From Felis catus (Eukaryota): 64,000 bases of DNA. Below, piece after piece: positions 14,201 to 26,400 of this stretch (the stretch's first letter is position 1; every line of letters starts with the position of its first letter). The DNA lies in the NCBI RefSeq assembly GCF_018350175.1, contig NC_058369.1, forward strand, positions 24,802,001-24,866,000. Direction: 5' to 3'. The notes below the pieces were generated by a model. The model worked only from the letters and a program-made list of their open reading frames with translations, did no database searches and had not been told where the DNA came from. The translations under genes and the position numbers were made by a program.

Positions 14201-17200
14201 AGCTATTTGGACACCAGTGTTACTGCAACATTAGTCATGATAACTAAAAGGTGGAAGTAATCCAGATGTCCCTTAACAGATAAAGTGTGGCATTTAGACA
14301 CCTCTGATGGTATATATTATTCAGCCTTAAAAAATGAGGAATTATGACACATGTACAGCTTGGATGAACTTCGAGAACATTATCCTAATACGAAACCAGC
14401 CTGTCCCAAAAAGACAAATACTGTAGGATCCTACTGACATGAAGTACTTAAGAGTAGTCAAATTTATAGAAACAAAGTAGAATGGTGGTAGCCAGGAGCT
14501 TCAGGCAGGGAGGGAGGAATGGGGAGTAGTTTAATGGGTATAGAATTTGTTTTGAAAAAACAACAAAAAACCCTGTGTAATACCTTTGAGAAAAAAACCT
14601 AAATTTTGTGTTACAACAATTAAAATTAAGCCTTTGAAGTTTTTCTTTTTAGATGACTTAAATACAGGAATGTTCACCAATGCAGAATCATGCTGTGGAT
14701 CAGTAATAGAGAGGGAAATTATAAATTGTTCATCCCCTGAGATTCCTGCAGAATTTAGTGAACAACTTCACACTAAGAAAGACAAACAGGAACTAACAAA
14801 TCAGGATAAAGGAGCCAACTTAGAAAAAGAAAACAGTTGGTATAATGATCAGTGGAATGAATTCACAAGGACAGAGAAAACAAAACCAGTGAAGAAAGGT
14901 CCTAAAAGGCCCGACTGGAATATAAATAAGCCACTCAAAAGGTATATTCCAGCATCAGAAAAGTACCCTAAACAGCTTCAAAAGCAGAGAGAAGAAAAAA
15001 AAGTAAGAAGGCAGATGGAACTGCTTAATTTGGTAGAAAGAAACAGTCCTGGACACCTCTCTCAAAATAGAGGGCCTTCACCAGTTCTTCCTTCATCTCA
15101 AGAAACTGAGCCAAGGTTCAGGTGGCATCTAATCAAAAAGGTAAAACTCCTCTGTCTTAAAATATATTTTGAAGTATGTATTGATGTTTCTAGATTGAAA
15201 ACCAGATTCCCCACATGCATGTTTTGACAAGGCTGTTCTGTATCTGAACAAGAGTTTAAGAAATGTGCTTTAGTTTATAAAGGATTGTTAAACTATGGCA
15301 AATCCATCAAGTTTTATAGGAACATAGCCATGTTCATTCCTTTATGAATTGTCTGTGGGTGGCTTAGAGTGGTTGCAAGAGACCACATGGCCCACAAAGC
15401 TAAAAGTGTTTACTGTCTGGCCCTTTACATAAAAACTTGACACTTAAACCCTGTCTAGATTAATGCTGTTCATTATTCCATTATTCAAATAGCTACTCAG
15501 AATTCTTGTTTATAGTCCATATTGACAGAGGGTAATTTTACAAGGTCACGTATTACGGTATTGGTTCCCTGTGACTGGAAAAATACAAAATCTCTATCCC
15601 ATCATCCAGTATCTGTTATTCAAATATTATCCTCAGATTATTTCCACAAGTAATCATCAGAAGTATTTGTGGGTATATAAGGCAAATACTGTTACTCCTT
15701 TCTGCATTTATCTATCTTTTAGGAAGAAGATCCTCTGAAAATTAATTCTTTCAGCAAGGAAAGGTATGTTACGGACTGGATGGATTCCACAGCTACTTAG
15801 TGCTGTGTATATGTGGTAAAGAAATACACAATATTTGCTGAGAATACAGTTGAGATGAAAACATGAGCATGTATGAAGTCAGTAACTGGAGGTCAGACTT
15901 CCACGTGAGGCATAAGAGGTTTAAGGGATATGTGGCTGGCATTTTACCTAAAATTTGAAGGCCCAATTTGGACTGGGCCTAATAAACATCCTGGGTGGGA
16001 ACGTAGGTAAGGTATTGTTGTCTGCAAACTTAACTGGAAATTCCAACTATTTTAGCTATGTCAACAGTGGAATAGACATTGTACTTGGATGAAAAAATGA
16101 CTAGTAGGGATAATGAAAAGTTCAGTTAAGCAGTAGGAGATTTAGATTGTTAGGAATTTGGTTCTATGCCTTTGAACCAGATGGTTTAGAGTTCTGTCAG
16201 AATGTGGCTCTAATGAGTTTAGTTCAAATGGTAAGTATATTATTTTATGCTAAATTATCTCAGGAGAAACATCAGGCTTACGTTAACCCAGCTAATGTTG
16301 ATCACCCTTTTTTCCTCTATGTTGTATATATCCTTGCCAAGTAAAAACTCATCCTATTCTGTTGCTATTTAGGGAAAGTATCCTAGAACTCACTTCTGTA
16401 CATAGTGTTCCTAAAGGTTTTACATTTAGGATAAATTGAAATGTGATTGAAGAGCAGATATACTTACTCTAAAATGCATAATTTTGCATTAAATCTTCTT
16501 AGTCTTTATTGTGCTTTTTTGAAAAACACAGGTCTCCATCACCACCACCAGTTCCAGTGGTGAAAAACAGAACACAACAGACTCAGACACTAAACAGTAA
16601 TTATGAAAGAGAGAATCTGATCTTAGAAGGCAGTCAAACAGAAACATCACCTGGGGTTTCTGAACCATCCCATTTTATCCCCTATGTCCGAACCAGTGAG
16701 ATCTATTACCTTGATCCAGATGCACCACTGTCTAGGCCTTTAACCCAGGATCTTCAGTACCAAAATCCACATGGTAAGTAAATTCAAAATCCAAATTAAT
16801 ATTCTTGCCCTTAGCCAGGAGAGGTGTAATTTCCATTTTGGGGTGCATAACTAAATTTTTAATTGAATATGTAAGTTTATTAATGAATCCTTAGACTACT
16901 CTAAGATAGGGCTGTATCATATTAGAGTTATATTTAACATACTACTTTCATCTGGCTTCAGACTGTGACCAAGAACAAGGACAGCTACTTGACTTTGGTG
17001 TCAGGGACCCACTTCTTAATCCTAACTTGTTGAAAAACAGGGATCGACAACAAGCAATCCTTAAGGGACTATCAGAACTGAGACAGGTATGATGAGCTTT
17101 TTCACCAAGTGTGGATGTAACTGTTTGATGGAGGGCTGTGTGTTGGATCTTAAGCAGGCTCCATGCTTAGCGTGCAGCCCGATGCAGGGCTCAATCCCAC

Positions 17201-18556
17201 AATCCTGGGATCATGACCGGACCCGAGTCGAGAGTTCAACCGACTAAGCCACCCAGGAGCCCCTGGAAGGCTGTATGTTGGAATGGCTGTGTTTTACTTA
17301 CTTACAGTGCCTAACTGGTTACATGATTTATGTCACTTCTCCCACATAAGAAATTCACCTGTGTATTAACCTTGAATGGAAATAAGATTTGCCATTTTAA
17401 AAATCTTTCCAGTATGAAATCATGAGACAGTTCTAATATTAAGACAATTTTATTGAATGGGAAAAAAAAGCATACATTTGAAAGGTAAAACATGATCAAT
17501 AAGGCCCTAAAACCAAAAGCAGAAAATACACAATTATGCTTTAATAAACTCTTAGTAATGCAGTTCATGTTTTTTTAATTGAATGTGTTGGCAGTGTTCA
17601 GAACAGAACAGTGATCCAAGTCCCAAAGAATAATATAATCCAGTGTGAAATTATACATATAACCTTACTCATCAGACTACATCTTTTCCTCCCAGACCAA
17701 TTATTGTCAGATAAAAATAAAATCTGGTAACATACACACTATTTTAAGGCTATAACCTTTTTCTATCAGGAAAAATAAACTGCCACTTTAGAAATGCCCT
17801 TTTCCATGTCCAGTCATTTGCTAATGCCTCTTGCATTTCAAATTGTTGATTGAACAGTTGCTTACTAGTTCTCACAGAGCTAGAAAATCACCCATACTAA
17901 CAGAATTATGTAGAAAGTATCCTTCAGTTCTCCAAATGCTAGCTTTGGCTACATGTAGATTGAATTATGTAACAAGCAGTAAATATTTTCTATTTTCCTT
18001 TAAAGTGACAAGGCACTTAATAGAGGTAAAAGTTGTGAGGTCAAGAGGCAGGAATATATGATTGTACACAGTGACCCACCTGTATAGTAGCCACATCTTA
18101 TTTCAGCAGAGCCTTGTCTAAGCCACTAAGGTTAGTGCAGTCAAGATAAACATGGGATGTTCGGGGAGACTCCTTCAGTGTGTCTCATTACCATTTTAAG
18201 AGCCATGTCATTGGGGAGACTTTGTTTTACAAGTTAGTCATTCCTCTTGGTTTTTATCCTAAGAAGGTAATCCTGGGTATACAACATCCAAGTGAGTAAG
18301 TTTTTTGAGTGGTTCAAAATTCAACATGACAAGCTATGGCTGAGTAATGGAATTTATTATTATAGGTTTTCAAAGTAAATAGAATTCTGGGTTAGCAGGG
18401 CTGAAATGTAAAATAGGAATAATTTGCAAGTCTGCTGCACACCTCACTAACATATTAATGTGATTTCAGGGCCTTCTCCAGAAGCAAAGGGAGTTGGAAA
18501 CTAATCTCATGCCTTTAGCTGCAAATCAAGAAGAGAATTTTAATTCTTCGCTTTAA
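2590..18556 (+). CDS. CCDC66: Coiled-coil domain-containing protein 66, 3' part (last 7 coding exons; 5' exons lie upstream of the window)
   Basis: Spliced translation [41 protein letters not shown]...[41 protein letters not shown]...[21 protein letters not shown]...[26 protein letters not shown]...NSSL* matches the CCDC66 C-terminus as I recall it. GT-AG junctions; tail-to-tail with TASOR as in human. Confidence 0.95.
2763..2955 (+). mobile_element. CAN-SINE
   Basis: ggggtgcctgggtgtctcagtcggttga head, CT tract, aataaa tail; 28 nt past the exon donor. Confidence 0.88.
3438..3563 (+). CDS. CCDC66: CCDC66 internal exon (VEYNES...KKDTAVQT); 5' boundary uncertain (3428, 3438 or 3393)
   Basis: Donor ACAG|gtattt at 3563, phase 1. 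The best-looking acceptor (tcag|3428) is out of frame; aag|3438 restores the frame (see findings). Confidence 0.75.
3720..4490 (-). mobile_element. Old LINE-1 3' end (L1M-like)
   Basis: acagctttattgagatataa...aggcaaccactaatctactttctgt...ttcatcagttgatggac. Confidence 0.85.
4585..4816 (-). mobile_element. CAN-SINE (SINEC_Fc type)
   Basis: Antisense consensus gagagagggagacacagaatcc...gagccacccaggcgtccc. Confidence 0.9.
5196..5243. repeat. (AT)n microsatellite followed by a T-run
   Basis: Seen directly. Confidence 0.9.
5885..6104 (-). mobile_element. CAN-SINE nested in L1
   Basis: Antisense SINEC consensus. Confidence 0.9.
8681..8908 (-). mobile_element. Young SINEC_Fc
   Basis: CpG-rich near-consensus copy; TSD ttctgttgctttt on both sides. 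Confidence 0.95.
9800..10006 (-). mobile_element. CAN-SINE nested in L1
   Basis: Antisense SINEC consensus. Confidence 0.9.
10858..11293. mobile_element. Cluster of CAN-SINE pieces in alternating orientation (+ 10886-11063, - 11064-11145, + 11160-11293)
   Basis: SINE heads, CT/GA tracts and tails in both orientations. Confidence 0.85.
11433..11650 (+). mobile_element. Young SINEC_Fc
   Basis: Near-consensus copy; TSD taaaagcatatacag (11419-11433 / 11651-11665). Confidence 0.95.
13750..14550 (+). mobile_element. Old LINE-1 3'-end fragments (two pieces)
   Basis: ttatgctgagtaaataag...gtacacttaaaaatggtt, then ttggtggtaatgtaaaat...tattattcagccttaaaaa...ttaatgggtatagaattt. Confidence 0.8.
14653..15140 (+). 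CDS. CCDC66: CCDC66 internal exon (DDLNTG...WHLIKK)
   Basis: ttttag|AT acceptor, AAG|gtaaaa donor, 488 nt, phase 1 to 0. Confidence 0.95.
15285..15455. mobile_element. MER58-like hAT-Charlie DNA transposon relic
   Basis: ggaacatagccatgttcattc...atggcccacaaagctaaaagtgtttactgtctggccctttaca. Confidence 0.7.
15723..15763 (+). CDS. CCDC66: CCDC66 small exon ([14 protein letters not shown])
   Basis: tttttag|GAA acceptor, AAG|gtatgt donor, 41 nt, phase 0 to 2. Confidence 0.9.
16532..16773 (+). CDS. CCDC66: CCDC66 internal exon (SPSPPPVP...YQNPH)
   Basis: cacag|G acceptor, CATG|gtaagt donor, 242 nt, phase 2 to 1. Confidence 0.93.
16962..17086 (+). CDS. CCDC66: CCDC66 penultimate exon (DCDQEQ...GLSELRQ)
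   Basis: ttcag|AC acceptor, CAG|gtatga donor, 125 nt, phase 1 to 0. Confidence 0.93.
17148..17263 (-). mobile_element. Short CAN-SINE lacking the CT tract
   Basis: tRNA-like head; near-perfect TSD tggagggctgtgtgttgga / tggaaggctgtatgttgga. Confidence 0.85.
18470..18556 (+). CDS. CCDC66: CCDC66 terminal coding exon ([28 protein letters not shown])
   Basis: tttcag|GGC acceptor, TAA at 18554-18556. Confidence 0.93.
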   Translation, partial: GLLQKQRELETNLMPLAANQEENFNSSL

Positions 18557-18713
18557 ATGTAGAAAATCAAATCCTTCACGTTTGTTGTCTTCTAAATTAT
18601 AAAATGTGTTCATTGCATAACTGTATTTTCCAAATAACCTAGATTTTAAAAATGCTTATTTAAAACTTGTACATTATGTAGTACAACACTGTGTATATAT
18701 ATATATATTTTAC

Positions 18714-18719
18714 AATAAA
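18714..18719 (+). terminator. Probable CCDC66 polyadenylation signal AATAAA
   Basis: First canonical AATAAA about 160 nt after the stop, preceded by TGTA motifs. Confidence 0.65.
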
Positions 18720-19487
18720 ACGGACATTTTTTGTAAAGCTTAGTAAAGAAAAAAAAAATTTCTGCTCTATCACAATCTAGGCATTTAAGTCCTGTAAAAA
18801 CACTTTCCACTTACCTTACGACAGGTTTCTGACCTGTTCACAGACAACGTTCTTCTACACTTATGAAGCTTATTACTAAGATACCACTTAGGTATTTTGC
18901 TCTATAAAAAGATCTGAAAGGTTAGAACTCAGATTCTAAGTTCTTCTGAAGGGCGGGCCCAAAGGAAGGTCTGACTTAACACATCCCAACTTTTACTAGA
19001 GTAGCTGATTTGGTATTTCTTTTCTCTAAATCCTTTTTTTTCTTCTTTTTTCACTTGTGGAAACTGCATTTTCAAAAACAGCTTGCATTTGTAATGCAGG
19101 CAGTTATTACCAATATAGTTTTAAAACTGATCGCCATATACTTTGTGAATTTGAAGTTATTTTTTAGAACAGCACTTAAGTGTTTAACACCTCAAAAAAT
19201 ATACTTACATTTTGCTAAGACTACCAATTTAAAAATCCATAGCAAATTTGTTCAATGCCTTTAATAAACAAACCTATCTTTTGAAATAGGAGACTGAATT
19301 TGAGTAAGTCAAATTTCACACTAAGTACTGAAAATCGTTAATTATCAAATACCCTCGAATAAAAGGTTGAGCAAAATTTTAGCAACAGGCAATTTTTACA
19401 TGGCTAAGCTTAAAGATAAAAATAATGCTGCCTGGTATTAAGTCCTAGGTCTTAAATCTTGAGGTATTGAGCCAAATCCTGTAAATA

Positions 19488-19493
19488 TTTATT
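19488..19493 (-). terminator. Candidate proximal TASOR polyA signal (AATAAA on - strand); others at 19760-19765, 18353-18358 and 17449-17454
   Basis: tttatt on the + strand downstream of the TASOR stop. Confidence 0.4.
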
Positions 19494-19938
19494 GACATCA
19501 CTGGCTTATACCTGTATAAAAACACTATACAAAAGCTTAAAATAAATACAATAGTTGACTGATATGTCATTTCAGCAAAAGTAGCTGGTATCCTGACAGA
19601 GGGGGGGAAAAAGTTATTTACTATGGTTTTGCAAATATCTAATTTTATGTATAAAACAGGCTTCAATTTGAAGTCTAAGTACAGGTGACATATAAATGTA
19701 AAACTTAAAAGTGCCAACATGAGATAATTCAAGTACAATATATGTTAAAAATATATATATTTATTTCAATTTTCAGATGCTTCAACTGTTACAGGCCATC
19801 ATGATTTAAATAAAAGGAAAAAAAACATTTGAGAAAGGACAAGAAACCTTTTGTTTAGAGAATGAAATATAAATTGTTATTTCACTTATAAGAAACAAAG
19901 TCCATAACAACCTGTTTCAAAAAAAAAAATTACTATAA

Positions 19939-20471
19939 TTATTTCTCTTTTGAAAACGGCCTGGAAGAATCACTTTTCCCCCAACTTAATGGAGATGGAG
20001 ATTTATCTCTATCCAAGCTTTGAGTATAAGCAGATAAAAAGTAATTTTCACTTTCTTGAGACTGACTTGATGAAAGGGCATATGGTGTCCCCAAAAATGT
20101 CTGATGAGTGAGAACGTTAAAATGACTAAACTGATGGGACATATGTAATTGACTGTGATAAACCTGAAAGCTGCTATATGCATCTTGTTCAGTTGAACTG
20201 CTGTTCTCTCCTTCAGAGCACACTAGAGCAACAGAAGCTCTCTCTTCAGAATCAATCTGACAAGTCTTATCTTCTAATAAACTTTTTTGCACGTCAAGAG
20301 ACGATTGCAACTCAATTTGAATATTCTTATTTTGATCTGTTCCACGTGATCCTTTGGTCTCTTTCGCCAATATTTCTGAATGAAAATTGCTGCATACTTC
20401 TATTTGTGAGATTTCATCCCCTGAATCCAGAGACATATCCTCTTCATCCTTTTCATCGTTTTCTAAAAGAG
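19939..20471 (-). CDS. TASOR: TASOR exon 24 (terminal coding exon)
   Basis: tgtag|[29 protein letters not shown]...FSKEK*, TAA at 19941-19939. Confidence 0.95.
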
Positions 20472-23400
20472 CTACATTTAAAAAACAAAAAGTCCTCCTC
20501 TATTGAAATACACAATTTGTTTAAGTTTTAAAATTATACACTACTCACACAATATAACGCGTCAGGGTCTGCAAGTCCACAATCCCTTAAAGCTTGGTCT
20601 TCTGCCACAAGTTCACTTAGTCACAACACTCACACTAGGTGTGAATGTCCAGATAATCCGATGCTAAAAGCTTCTGCGAAATGTGTTCACGTTTAATGTT
20701 GGGAAATCCCAACTCCCAGCTCCAAAGGGGTTAATGTCAAAACAGCATCTAAAGTTATACGGTAATTCAGTATTTGACAAGACAAATAAAAAATAAAAAT
20801 TTTGACATCTAGTTTCACTGGATTATGACTAAACCAGTTAGTTCTATCAAATGTTTGATCATCTCTGCTTTTCCTCAAAAACAAATTACATCTTTCATTT
20901 AACATAAAACCTGGAACCAAAGCAGAGGTCATCTCACAAAAGACTAAAGCTATGGATATCCCTTACTACCTTGTAATTAAATTGCTTTATACATCTGGGG
21001 AGATTTAGTAGCCCAATGCTAAATCCCCATTATCTGGTGTCCTCCTTTTAAAAATAGAACCCCTTTGCTGACAACAGCAGCCAATAAAAGCTTACAAACC
21101 CTCGAGAAAATGCCTACTCTATAGTATGCGACACAGTAACTCTTAACAGCTTGTAGTGATTACAGTATAAATGAGCAGATTTTGTGGATGCTAAGTATAA
21201 AAATCATAGGTGCCTTGAAATACTTTCCCTGAAGCTATTAACACTGAGGGTGAGTAGTTTCAGGACAGGCATTTCGTTATATGAAAATGAAACAAAACCG
21301 TTCCTCTTTTTCTGTCTGCCTTAAAGAAAAGGAAAACTACTGAAAAGTTACCTGACTGCGACTCAAGATTCTCATTAGCACCAAGCAGTGGAAGGTTTTC
21401 TTCTGCGATTGAGTTGTGATAGCCCACAAGATTTTTAAAGTTTTGCATAAAGTCTTCAGTAGTGGCAACCACTATTCCATTATCTGTATAACTGGAAATC
21501 ATCTTGATATTCTTTTCTAAATTAAAAACAAGTTTCTAGTATAAAACACTTGAAACTATACATGGACAAATGATGGTGCCTGCCCCCATTCCCCATAAAA
21601 GTGCTCAACACCTACCACAGGCCCAGAAAATCCTTGCATCCACACCTACATTCACAATAGGAAGCTTAAGGGCGCTCTTTACCTGTTAAAAAGACTATGT
21701 GTCTTTGCTGTACGTTCTGAGCCTGAAGTCTGATGAGGCAATCCAATTCTGGTGCATTTCGAGTTTGTGAATCACAATTGTGGTACGACAGAATTTCAAC
21801 CAGATGCTTCTTCTGATAGACATTCAGAAGCGTCAACAGACTTAGAGCTTTAGCATTCAATCTGTGAAATTAAATAGTTCAATATCTGGATCTGCATTTC
21901 TACAGTATGGAAATTTTTGCTTCAAATTAAAACCATAATTTCTCAATTGAGGCAACTAATGACAACTGGACTGCTTACTTCAGTGCCTAGTGAATGGGTT
22001 TCTCCTAGGGGAGAGAGGGGAGCAGGAATTGTGCAACCTACATGTAAGTCCAGGGGCTTCATATGGGTGTAAAAGCCTGAGAGCCGGCTATTCAGCTTAG
22101 GCTAAAAAAATCTCAGTTGTTTTACTTAATAAAAAACAACAGTTCCCTTTAACTTTACTAATTTAGAACTTGAATGAAGGACACAGAAGGACAAAAAATA
22201 TATATAAATATCTCCTTCAAAAAATACATGGCTCTAAGCTGTTTCTACACCTCCAAGCACAAGGCAACAAGTGGTAGAAATGACTGACTACTGTCAGGAA
22301 GATAAAGGTACTAACTTTGTACCAAAGTTACACCTGTGGGCCTCACTGTTATCTGGTATACAAAAGTAAGGCTTTACTGATGCCTATTTCACATGACTTG
22401 AAGATAAAACAAGTTTCAAAAGAGTGAATTACTACAAAAAGTTACTTTTCAGTTATTTAAGCCTGAATTTCCTTCTTAAGTGTACCATGGGATTAGAAGG
22501 TATTAGGGTATAAAAAAAAAGTGTTTTGTAGTCTGTTTCAGAAATGCTGGCTGACAAAATGCAGGTTTTTTTTTAAATTTTGAGAGAAAAAGTGTGAGTG
22601 GGGGAGGGGCAGACAGAATCCCAAGCAGGTTCCACACTCAGCGAGGAACCAGACATGGGGTTCCATCTCACGACCGTTTAGATCACAACCTGAGCCAATA
22701 TCAAGAGTCGGACAATTCACCGAATGAGCCACGCAAGCACCCCTGTAGAACAGAAGTCTTAGTCACTCAGATCCCTAATTATGTAAATATACTATATGGA
22801 CTCTCTAGTAGGAAGATACAGTATCCAAAACTCCTCTATCATTTGTGAAGCCTCTCAAGCTGACTAGTGTTCTAAGGACCACTGGGTATGCTAGAAATCA
22901 CCTATTTCCATAAATAAATGTCCTAATCACAAATCCCCTTATGTCGGGATCAATCCTTGTCTTAGTATGTATGCGCGTCACTAGATTAGCTGCCTAAATT
23001 AGTCCTCAGTTGGGAAAGAGTCTGACCTAGTTGGCATATACAGTTTGGTAAAAACAAACAAACAAACAAAAAAAACAACAACAGACTATTCCCTCTTGAT
23101 TATTCTAAATCCCCAACTGGCAAAGATGAAAACCATTTTACCTATATACATAACTAGAAACTAGAACTTCAACTTAAGAAAAACTCTACCTAAATAAGAA
23201 TACTACTTCCAAATAGGCTAGAATTATATCTACATTCATTCCCTTATGGCTGGCTAAAGATACCTGTGAAAACTGAGCAGCATCGATGATAATCTATAAA
23301 CACAGAAAAATAAAATTTTAAATCAGCAACCATTATACAGTTATTTTTCAAATCTTACCTGCCCAATTCCTTTAGTTTTTTCTGAAATTTACAGTGGACT

Positions 23401-26400
23401 TTCCATTGCCATTTTCCTTCCGGAGTACTAAGTTCTTCGAGGAATGTCAAAAAATTTTTAAGGTTTTCTGTTAGAGATAACAAAGTTCATCTTAAATTCA
23501 ATAAATAGTCAATCCACAACTGAATTATGGAAGAAATTTTTGTTGATATTATATAGAAATGTCTACTTTCCTTTTTTGTTTTTTATTTTACTTTGTTTTT
23601 TTTTAAATATATGAAACTTATTGTCAAATTGGTTTCCATAAATGTCTACTTTCCTATGTTGCCCCCCACTTTTTTCCCTCTGAGGGAGACAGATCTATAC
23701 ATACGCTTAGATTTAAGAACATCTACATAAAAAAAAAAAAAAAAAAGAACAGGATGACAACAATAACAAAGCAGAAGTGATACAAATGCAGTAGGAGCAG
23801 GTAGCCTTGCTTTATACCAGATTTAGAGGAAATTATTTGCAAAGACTAAGAGAAGAGTAAAGAAATTTGAGGCAATAAAACCTCAAGAAAACGATGAAAA
23901 TGTATTAGTTATCTGTGATTGGCAGAATGGACAATACATTTAAAAAGCATGAGTCACTGAGGTGCCTGGGTCGCTCAGTCAGTTAAATGTCTGACTCTTG
24001 GTTTCAGCTTAGGTCATGATCTCAGTTTGTGGGATAGAGCCCTGCGTCGGGCTCTGCACTGACAGTGTGGAGCCTGCTTGGGATATTCATTCTCATTCTC
24101 TCTCTCCCTCTGCCTCTCCACTGCTCGTATGCGCTCTAGCTCTCTCAAAATAAATAAACTTTAAAAACAAAACACAAAAGCATGAGTCATTAATCAGAAA
24201 AACCTAGAAAAGACAGAAGTTCATACTCGAAAGAATGCACAAATCTTACCAATTGTGATAACTTCTGGATTTAGAATGGATTCATCAGACACGATAAAAC
24301 CTCCAGATACAAATAATTCATTATATGTATGATTTTTAACATCATCCAGACTATCAACACCAGCAAAACTAACACAAGGGAGCTTCTTTAAAGTCACCAA
24401 GCCAGGTACCTATTTAAATCCCAAAACAAAAACAAAGAATGAAATGGTTAAGACTCAAGTGTGAAGTGACCTACAGGAAAAGTCTAACAAAATGCACTAC
24501 AGCTCATCTATATTAGTGTGTTGCTTCTGGAAAGCCAAGCACAAAAATAATATTCCCAACATGTTCAAATACATAAATCAACATTTATGTACTCGGTGAA
24601 TACCGTAAACAGAATGCTCTAAAGAAAAGGTACCTACAAACGGACTTGGAAACAATGATATAGGCCAACCTGTCTGGCCCTGTGAGTGCAGGCAGAATTC
24701 AGAGGGCAAGAGCCTATGGTACTGGAACAGTCAGGAAAGCCTTCAAAGGGCAGTAGGACTTGAGGCAAGCTCAGAAGACTGGGTGGGGTTCCTCCAAATG
24801 CAACGGAAAGGGGAAATGATGTGGCAGAGAGAGGGTACAAACAGGTTTTACCTGGGACATACAAATGAAAATGACAATGTAAAGAGAGTGAACAGACCCA
24901 CTGACATTCAAGGAGTCAGTATTCCTAGTCTTGATGAGTGACAGGGAGGGTATGGGACATGCCGCAATTTAAAATTTTGCAAAGGTACAAACTTGATCAC
25001 AAACTGATTCACAGAAGGATCATTTAGGTCTCAAGCCCTAAATCTACCAACCTTGAAGTTTTCTCTCTTTTCAGACCTTACAAGGATATTTTAAAAACAA
25101 AGAGCTTTAGTCTCAAAGGCAGTAAGATTTTAAAATAAGGGAGTTTTTATAGCCAAAATAATAGTGAATTTGACTTAATATTCTACCTTGTGAATGAAGC
25201 CTGCAATGTCTTCATTCTGAATAATAATCAATAGTTTATCTAATTTTGATCTTCTTTCCAAAAACTGTTCTGGATGACATTCTGTATTGCCTAATTTGAT
25301 AAGATATTCCTGTTAAAGAAAAAAACTAAATCAACATTAAGAAGTTTTTTTTTTTTTTTTTTTTGCAAATATCCATTTAACACTACAAATGCAAGATAAA
25401 CTGGCAAGTGTAACTACTGTTCAAACACTAGCAATGATGACCTTATACGCTAGGAACCCTAGAGATCATCAAGTCCACTCTTCTTATAGAACAACCTATA
25501 GCTCAGAGTTTAAGTGGCTAGTCACAATGTTACAATGCTATGCAGTGAAAACTAAGTAAATGTCAATGGTGGATAATAGAAAGAACCATAAGAACAATGG
25601 TTAGCCAGGTTCTTAATCCAGTTCCATTACTTATTCTGGGCAACCCAGAGTCCAATCATCAACCACTCCCTCACTCCCATTTTCCACTCCATTTAAGGCA
25701 AGCCCTTGGCTATTTGCAGCAAGGTTGCCAGTATACTCCTTTAGTTATAAAGCACTTTTCTTATTGTAGCTCATTTAATTCACAACAGTTCCAAAGTCAT
25801 TCATACAGAGCTTCAGCGTATACAATGGCATTCACATACTAGTTAGCCATGTCTGTCAAGTTTATACCTTCAGCCGAAATAGACCCTCCCATCTAATTAA
25901 TACCTCCCTCCATGTTGGTGACATCGTACTACCTTTCAAAGGACACATGGTGGTAGTACAGGCAATTTCCTTTGCTCTTTGCTTGCTGGTGGAATCCTGA
26001 AGTCTGAGGTAAACTGCAGGGTCCTAGGGGTCACATTCCTCTTTTCACAGATACAGGAGCAGATTAATTTTCTCAAGATTGGCAAGGCTGGTTAGATAGC
26101 CATTAAATCTAAACCCAGCTTGCCTCACAAACAGTCTACTGCTCTGTTAAGAACGGTCTACAAGTGTCACCCCCAAAGAGGATGTTTCTGTGTAGCCCTA
26201 AACTAAATAAAGCAGCGTCTTCTGTATTATTAGATAATTAAAGCTTCTGGGCAGATCTCAGAACAGCTTACAGTCAGGTAATGAAAAAGTAAATTGCTGT
26301 CTGACAGACCAGCATATAATTTTTGGTCTTTTTACAGTAAGAAGTTTTAAAAGCAAATTCATTTTAGGTAAGATGGTTGAACAGTCTGATCTCATCTTTC

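Noticed and set aside
21260..21351. Read-through of TASOR exon 23 ([10 protein letters not shown]...)
   Set aside because: Simple open frame past a good donor; intron retention cannot be supported from sequence alone.
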